This document shows positions 55,824 to 64,000 of a stretch of DNA of 64,000 nucleotides, in pieces (within the stretch, counting starts at the first letter, position 1; every line of letters starts with the position of its first letter). The position numbers and the translations under genes are program-made. Location of the stretch: the NCBI RefSeq assembly GCF_009914755.1, contig NC_060941.1; one strand, 5' to 3'. The notes beneath the pieces were generated by a model. It had not been told where the DNA came from, did no database searches, and saw only the letters and a list, made by a program, of their open reading frames with translations. Source of the DNA: the human T2T-CHM13v2.0 reference genome, Homo sapiens.

Positions 55824-56333
55824 CTGGAGTTGAGAAGGAGACAGGGGTGAGGGGGCAGAGAAGCTGGAAAGCATCTTTGAACCCTTCATTCCTAGGAAAG
55901 CGAGGTCACAGGGATTACAGGAGAAGGAAGGATAGAGGGGGCTGAGAAGGGAACGGCAGGAGCCACAGACTCAGCCCTAGCCAATTCTTTTCTTTTTCAG
56001 AGACAGTCTCCCTCTGTTGCCCAGGCTAGTCTTGAACCCCTGGGATTCATACAGGGGGGATTTGTTGCTCAGAGCAATGGTTTAGGTGGGACAGTGGGCC
56101 TCTTGGTGGAAACAGAATCTGCTCTGGCCTCAGTATATATTCCTGAGGCCCTCTGCTGCGTTTTCCGTCTATTCAGAGGAAATCCTTAGCTGTATTGCTT
56201 CCTTACAAGTGCTAGAAAATCCTTTCTGTTGTCTAACTTGCATCTCAGCTGCTGCCTCTGCTCATGGGTGCCCCCTGCCTCCCTCCTCTGGAACCCTTCT
56301 CCTACCCTTCACCAGGTCCAGGCTGGGGCTCAC

Positions 56334-56460
56334 CTGGAGTAAAGGCACTGCTCGCCATGGTGGTAGGGGAGTGGCGGCTTCCTGCTGCAGGACAGGGCCG
56401 GGTCTGTGCGGGGACTCTGGGGCTCCTTCTTGATCCTGGTGGTGGGGCTGTGGAAAGCTA
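56334..56460 (-). CDS. ETV4: ETV4 exon 6 (LAFHSPTTRIKKEPQSP...CLYSS)
   Basis: ccacag| acceptor, |gtgagc donor; 127 nt. Confidence 0.95.
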
Positions 56461-56803
56461 CTGTGGGGGTGGAGGGGACAGAGCAAGGCCAGAGCCTGTC
56501 ACACAAGAGGCAGGCAGGGCTTCTGATACCTTCTGAGCTTTGAGGACCAGCTGGGTGACTGGTACAGCCTCCTTCCCTCTCTGGGTATCAATTTTCTGAG
56601 ACCCGCAGTGAGACAAGAACATTTTGGCTATTTACATTATGTCTAGTTTATACATCAGACTAGTGTCTGATTATTGACTAAATAAACCATCTAAAGTTCA
56701 ACATTTAGGCTGGGCACGGTAGCTCACACCTGTAATCCCAGCACTTTGGGAGGCAGGAGTCCAAGACCAGCCTGGCCAACATGGTGAAACCCTGTCTCTA
56801 CTA

Positions 56804-57046
<243 letters not shown>

Positions 57047-57095
57047 CTAGGGCCTGTAGTTTTCCTGAGTGCCCTGGAAAATTCCAGGGGAGTGA

Positions 57096-57197
<102 letters not shown>

Positions 57198-57213
57198 TGA
57201 AGTCAGAAGTTCA

Positions 57214-57480
<267 letters not shown>

Positions 57481-58056
57481 TCAGCTGACTAACATTATAC
57501 ACATGCTCCTACTTATCTGTGAAGAACACTGGCCTTTCCTGTGGCCCCTGCGGGGTTCCCAAACTCTGGCCACGAGGCTGAGCAGCAAAGAGTTGGTTCC
57601 AAGCCGGTGTGAGATTCAGTTTTAACCGCAGTCCAGTCAAATGCCGTTTGTAACCAACTATTCTCTGCTGTTTTTGATTCTTTGTGCCCCATTGTTTCAC
57701 TGGTGAAGACAGTTGACAGCAAAGTATCTGACATTAAAGCAGGGTTTGTTTTTTGGTTTTTGTTTTTTTTGAGATGGAGCCTCGCTCTGTCACCCAGGCT
57801 GGAGTGCAGTGGCTCAATCTTGCCTCACTGCAACCTCCGCCTCCCAGGTTCAAGCGATTCTCATGCCTCAGCCTCCTGAGTAGCTGGGATTACAGGTACA
57901 CGCCACCATGCCCGGCTAATTTTTGTATTTTAGTAAAGACGGAATTTCATCATGTTGGCCAGGTTGGTCTCAAACTCCTGACCTCATGTGATCCACGCGC
58001 CTCAGCCTCCCAAAGTGCTGGGATTACAGGCGTGAGCCACCACACCCAGCCTAAAG

Positions 58057-58275
58057 CAGGGTTTCTCAACAGTGGCACTACTGACCTGTGGGCCAGATAG
58101 TGTTTTATTAATAATATTGTAAGGAGCGGTCCTGAGCATCATAGGATGCTTTTAGCAGTATCCCTGGCCTCTCTATCCACTAGACACCAGTAGCACCCCA
58201 CCCTCAACTGTGACAACCAAAAATGTCTACAGATATTACCAAATGTCTCTTGGGAGGCAAAATTGTCCCCAGTTT
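58057..58275 (-). mobile_element. MER20 (hAT-Charlie) element
   Basis: CAGGGTTTCTCAAC...CCACTAGACACCAGTAGCA...TGTGACAACCAAAAATGTCT matches MER20 in reverse. Confidence 0.8.
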
Positions 58276-58324
58276 ATGGAAGTGACTTAGAATACTAGAA
58301 CTGGGGGCGGGCGCACTGGGCTCA

Positions 58325-58660
<336 letters not shown>

Positions 58661-58886
58661 TCAGATATAAGGCAATGGAGAACCAGAGGGATAGTGTCTG
58701 CTCTAAGGTCACACAGCAAGAACATGTCAAGCCCCAGATTTCAACCAAGGTTTTCATTCCAGTTATTGCCTTGGTCTTTAAGATCAAACCCCACTGTGTT
58801 TTAGGAGAGAACAAGCTGCTCTCTTGTGATTCTCTATCCTATGACTCACTTCCTGCCATCCTCCACTCCCTATACCCTCTCCCCAG

Positions 58887-58973
58887 GGACCTCTACTCAC
58901 GGTTTTCTGAATGGAAATCAGGAACAAACTGCTCATCACTGTCTGGTACCTGAGCTGCAGAGAGAAGTCAGAG
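58887..58973 (+). other. Candidate + strand exon antisense to ETV4 exon 5, in frame with DHX8 exon 22 (WDLYSRFSEWKSGTNCSSLSGT*)
   Basis: Acceptor ctccactccctataccctctccccag| and consensus donor GAG|gtgagt. Confidence 0.55.
58901..58954 (-). CDS. ETV4: ETV4 exon 5 (AQVPDSDEQFVPDFHSEN; COP1 degron)
   Basis: ctgcag| acceptor, |gtgagt donor; 54 nt, phase 1-1; conserved PEA3-family EQFVPDF motif. Confidence 0.95.
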
Positions 58974-59071
58974 GTGAGTTTGGGGCGGAGCCCTGGTTGT
59001 CCCCTGGGAGGCTCCATTATTACAGCCCTGCAGATTAGCAACAGCCAAGAAAGGACCAACAGCCTTTAGAT

Positions 59072-59280
59072 CAGGGGTGTCCACATTGTAAGAATTGTCT
59101 TGGGCCACACATAAAATACACAAATACACTAACACTAACGATAGCTGATGAACTTAAAATCACAAACAAATCTCATAATGTTTTAAGAAATTTTACAAGG
59201 AATTTATGTTGGGCCTGGGCCGCATTCAAAGCTACCCTGGGCTGAAAGTGGCCCACAGGCCCACGGGTTGGACAAGCTTG
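59072..59280. mobile_element. MER30 (hAT) element
   Basis: CAGGGGTGTCC...AGAATTGTCTTGGGCCACACATAAAATAC...GGTTGGACAAGCTTG; similar 8-bp flanks CTTTAGAT/CTTGAGAC. Confidence 0.8.
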
Positions 59281-59548
59281 CTTGAGACTAAAGGCTGCTC
59301 CACCCTAGGTCCTAGTGTCTTCCACCTCTGGGCTCCACTAAGACCCAGGAGGGAAGACTGTTCTCAGAACCTGTCTGAGCAGATTCCAGTCTTTCTTCTT
59401 CTAGATGCTTTGTCTTTATTTCCTCCATTTTTCTGAAGTGAAACAGCCTCGCCCCTCAGAGTTTACAAAACTCCCTTAAAGCTCACAACAGTCATATCTA
59501 GGATGGGCAGGCATTATAAGCAGTGGGATCCTGTGGATTTAAAAATCA

Positions 59549-59838
<290 letters not shown>

Positions 59839-59858
59839 TCAAAAGAAAAATAAAATTA

Positions 59859-60002
<144 letters not shown>

Positions 60003-60028
60003 CTACTAAAAAATTAAAAAATTAGTCA

Positions 60029-60247
<219 letters not shown>

Positions 60248-60384
60248 TCACGAGGTCAGGAGTTTGAGACCAGCCTGACCAGCATGGTGAAATCCTGTCT
60301 CTACTAAAAATACAAAAATTAGGCCGGGCGCGGTGGCTCACGCCTGTAATCCCAGCACTTTGGGAGGCTGAGGCGGGCAGATCA

Positions 60385-60888
<504 letters not shown>

Positions 60889-61449
60889 TCATCCCCTTAA
60901 TGTGCAGCTAAGGAGGGGAGGGATTCCCAAGGTTGGTGATCCGAAGAGCTCTCCCAGGATGCCAGGATGGGTGGAGCTGGGTTGGGGAATAGGCAGGAAA
61001 ACTGAAATACAGCAGCAGCTCATCCATGGCTTCTAACCTGAACATCAAACTCTGATTTCTAGTTCTTATTCTGGCCTCCCCAGAGCGGGGCTTCTCAGGT
61101 GGTTATACAGCTAAGAATCTCCCTTGATCCCAGAGTCTTGGCCCACTTTTGCCCCTCTCTCAAAAATAAATGGATCACAGCAGGAAATGTAGACACCAAG
61201 AAGAACTTCCTGATATTATTCCAGGAAGAGAGTGGTTCTAGGGTGATGCAGTGGAACCTGTAGCCCGAGGAGGCTGGACTCTCCTTCCCTGGAGACTGCT
61301 CTCTCCTTCCCTGGAGACTGCTCTCAGATTGGACAATGGGGAAACTGATAAAATGCCCAGAGAGGTCAAAATGGCTGGTGAGGGGTATGAGATGGCTAGA
61401 AAAAACCTCCACACCCCCGGCCTATACAAATACATATCCCATCTCTTTT

Positions 61450-62105
61450 GCTTCTCTCTAGGCTAAGGCTCCATCATTTCTTACTTGGATTTCACCCACG
61501 GCCTCTTACCAGGATACCCTATTTTCATTCTTACCTCCTATGGTCCCTTGCTCTCCACCTAGGTGTCACAGTGATCTTTTTACAACAGAAATAAAATCAT
61601 TTCTCTCTGTTATTTAAAGCATGAAATCCAAACGCTTGCCCTTGGCCTCCAAGGCTCTGCATGACTTGGCCTTGCCTACCTCTCTGACCTGCCTCTCCTT
61701 GCCTGTGAATCTGCAGCACTCTGGTCTCCTTTCTAGCCCTCAAAGCTGCTGAGCTTGTTCCTTCTTCCCCAGATGCTTTCTTGCCTTTTTCTTTTTTTCC
61801 TGACCATCAGAGTCTCAGCTCACTTTGACATCTCTGGAGAGGCCTTCTCTGACCACCCCTAAACCAAAGTGGTTCCTCCTGGCTCTCTATTGCATCTATG
61901 TTTTGTTTTCTCCCTGGCACATATTGCCACCTGAATATATTAATTTATGTTTACCTGTTTGTTATCTACCTATCTCCTCCACCAGGAAGTTAAGCTCTGT
62001 GAGGGCAAGAGCTTTATCTTTTTTGTCATCTGATGCCCCAGCACCCAGCACAGGGTTAGAGTAGACGCTCAGTGCTGTTATTTCTTGACTACATGAATAA
62101 ACATG
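61450..62105. mobile_element. L2 remnant
   Basis: GAGAGGCCTTCTCTGACCACCC, AAGCTCTGTGAGGGCAAG and TGAATAAA-type end. Confidence 0.65.
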
Positions 62106-62618
62106 CAATAATCGTTTGTCCTCAGGCTGGCAGAAGTCAGCACTGTGGGCCTGAGGGCATGCACTGAAGAGATCCTGACCATCCTAGCCCTTCCCTGCAG
62201 GCTCCCCCTCTCCACACACAAGGCAACACTAGAGGCAGGTCCTCTCCAGGAAAGCACATCTCACAGGGGATATTTTAGGTTGTGATATGTTGCTTGGCAA
62301 GAATATTCTTCAACAATTTGCTTTAAATATCAGAGGTGCCAAGTGTTTATAAACATAGGCTTATATTAATAGATAGTTGATTTCTTGACAGAAGCATTAG
62401 GGAGAGGGAGTTTAACAATCACAAGCCACCAGCAGCTAAACGAGAACTTAGGACAAGTCAACATAATAATACTTTGGTCTGAAGTGACCAAAGACATCAA
62501 TGAGACATGAAATCCGCTGGCAAGAACAAACAGAAACACACAGCCAGCACACATCTTTTCAGGAGCACAAACACGGCAAAAAGACAACCATTCCCAAACT
62601 GGCCTGATTCAAGAGTCA

Positions 62619-63113
<495 letters not shown>

Positions 63114-64000
63114 TCAGGTAATCCTTTCACTTCAGCCACCACAACCTTAAAAATAGGCACATTTGGATAGAGGGTAAGAGGCCAAATCTGTCCACCTGCC
63201 CAGGGATGCAAAGCCAGGCTCCCCACTGTGCCCTCTGGTCCATTCAGAGGCAACATCCCCCAAGGTGGCAGGAAGCTGGGGTAATGGGAGCAGAGTGACC
63301 AACATTTCCCTCCCTCCTACTAGGCAAGAAGGGTCCCAAGGGAAAGGGTGGTGCAGAACTCAGGGGTGGCTGACGCATTCCGGCCCCACCCCTGGGGCCT
63401 CATTAACTGCTACTTTCCATTGAGGTAATGGGCTGGGGGTATCTCTTGCTGGCGTCACTGGTGCTGGAGAGCAGAGAACCCTCAGCATCATCTTGCCTTT
63501 CTTCCTGCCTCGGGCCTGACAGTTTAACCAGGGACCCCTCCAGGCCCGGAATCCAGGAGGAGGCTTCCTCCAGCACACAGACCACACCCCAAAAGAGGTG
63601 GTGCCATCCTCTTCCCAGAGCCAGGAGAAATCTGTCCTAGCTCAGCCCCTCCCCCAAACACTGGCCTTCTCCCAAAGGGGTAGGCCAGGGCCCTCAGTCA
63701 TCCAGAGACTGTCAACAGGATAGAAACAGGAACACTGAGCCTCGCGTTCCTGGAGAGCAGGAGAATTTTTAATTACCATGTTTCGTCTTAAGTGTACACC
63801 ACTCTCTTTATTTATTTGTTAACTTGGCTGAGTCTTGGCTGCCAAGCCAGTGTGCCAGGGTCTGTCCCCAGCTCCATCCCGGTACTAAGATGGAGTTTAT
63901 CTGTCTGGGGACGAGGCAGATGATTAAGGAGGGGGTGGGAAAAGTGCCAAGACAGCATAATGCCCAGAGAGAGAGAAAGAATTTTAGGGACTCTCCTTTC

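Noticed and set aside
61279-61325. 22-bp tandem duplication
   Set aside because: Two copies in old repeat-like intronic sequence with no functional cue.

Overview
Human (primate) genomic DNA, very Alu-dense, matching the DHX8/ETV4 locus (17q21.31 by recall). The + strand carries the complete 23-exon DHX8 (PRP22, spliceosomal DEAH helicase) gene. Its GT-AG exons, located by hand, sum to 3663 nt (1220 aa plus stop, ATG 6508 to TGA 46322), downstream of a CpG-rich TATA-less promoter. The - strand carries coding exons 5-13 of ETV4 (PEA3/E1AF), convergent with DHX8; exons 1-4 lie beyond the window. Most ORFs in the supplied track are Alu read-throughs. Repeats include many Alus, a THE1 solo LTR with TSD, MER2/MER20/MER30, L1/L2/MIR remnants and a U7 snRNA pseudogene. 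Most interesting, all unverified: (1) a + strand exon with strong splice sites, in frame with DHX8 exon 22, that fully covers ETV4's COP1-degron exon 5 in antisense; (2) a cluster of Capicua (CIC) octamers in ETV4 intron 8 beside a candidate internal first exon in frame with the ETS-domain half; (3) a box C/D-like element with a cUUCGg hairpin inside a UG-flanked cryptic poison exon in DHX8 intron 12; (4) several competing 3' splice sites in the gene for the 3'ss-proofreading helicase. No foreign or prokaryote-type system was seen. Repeat boundaries are approximate.
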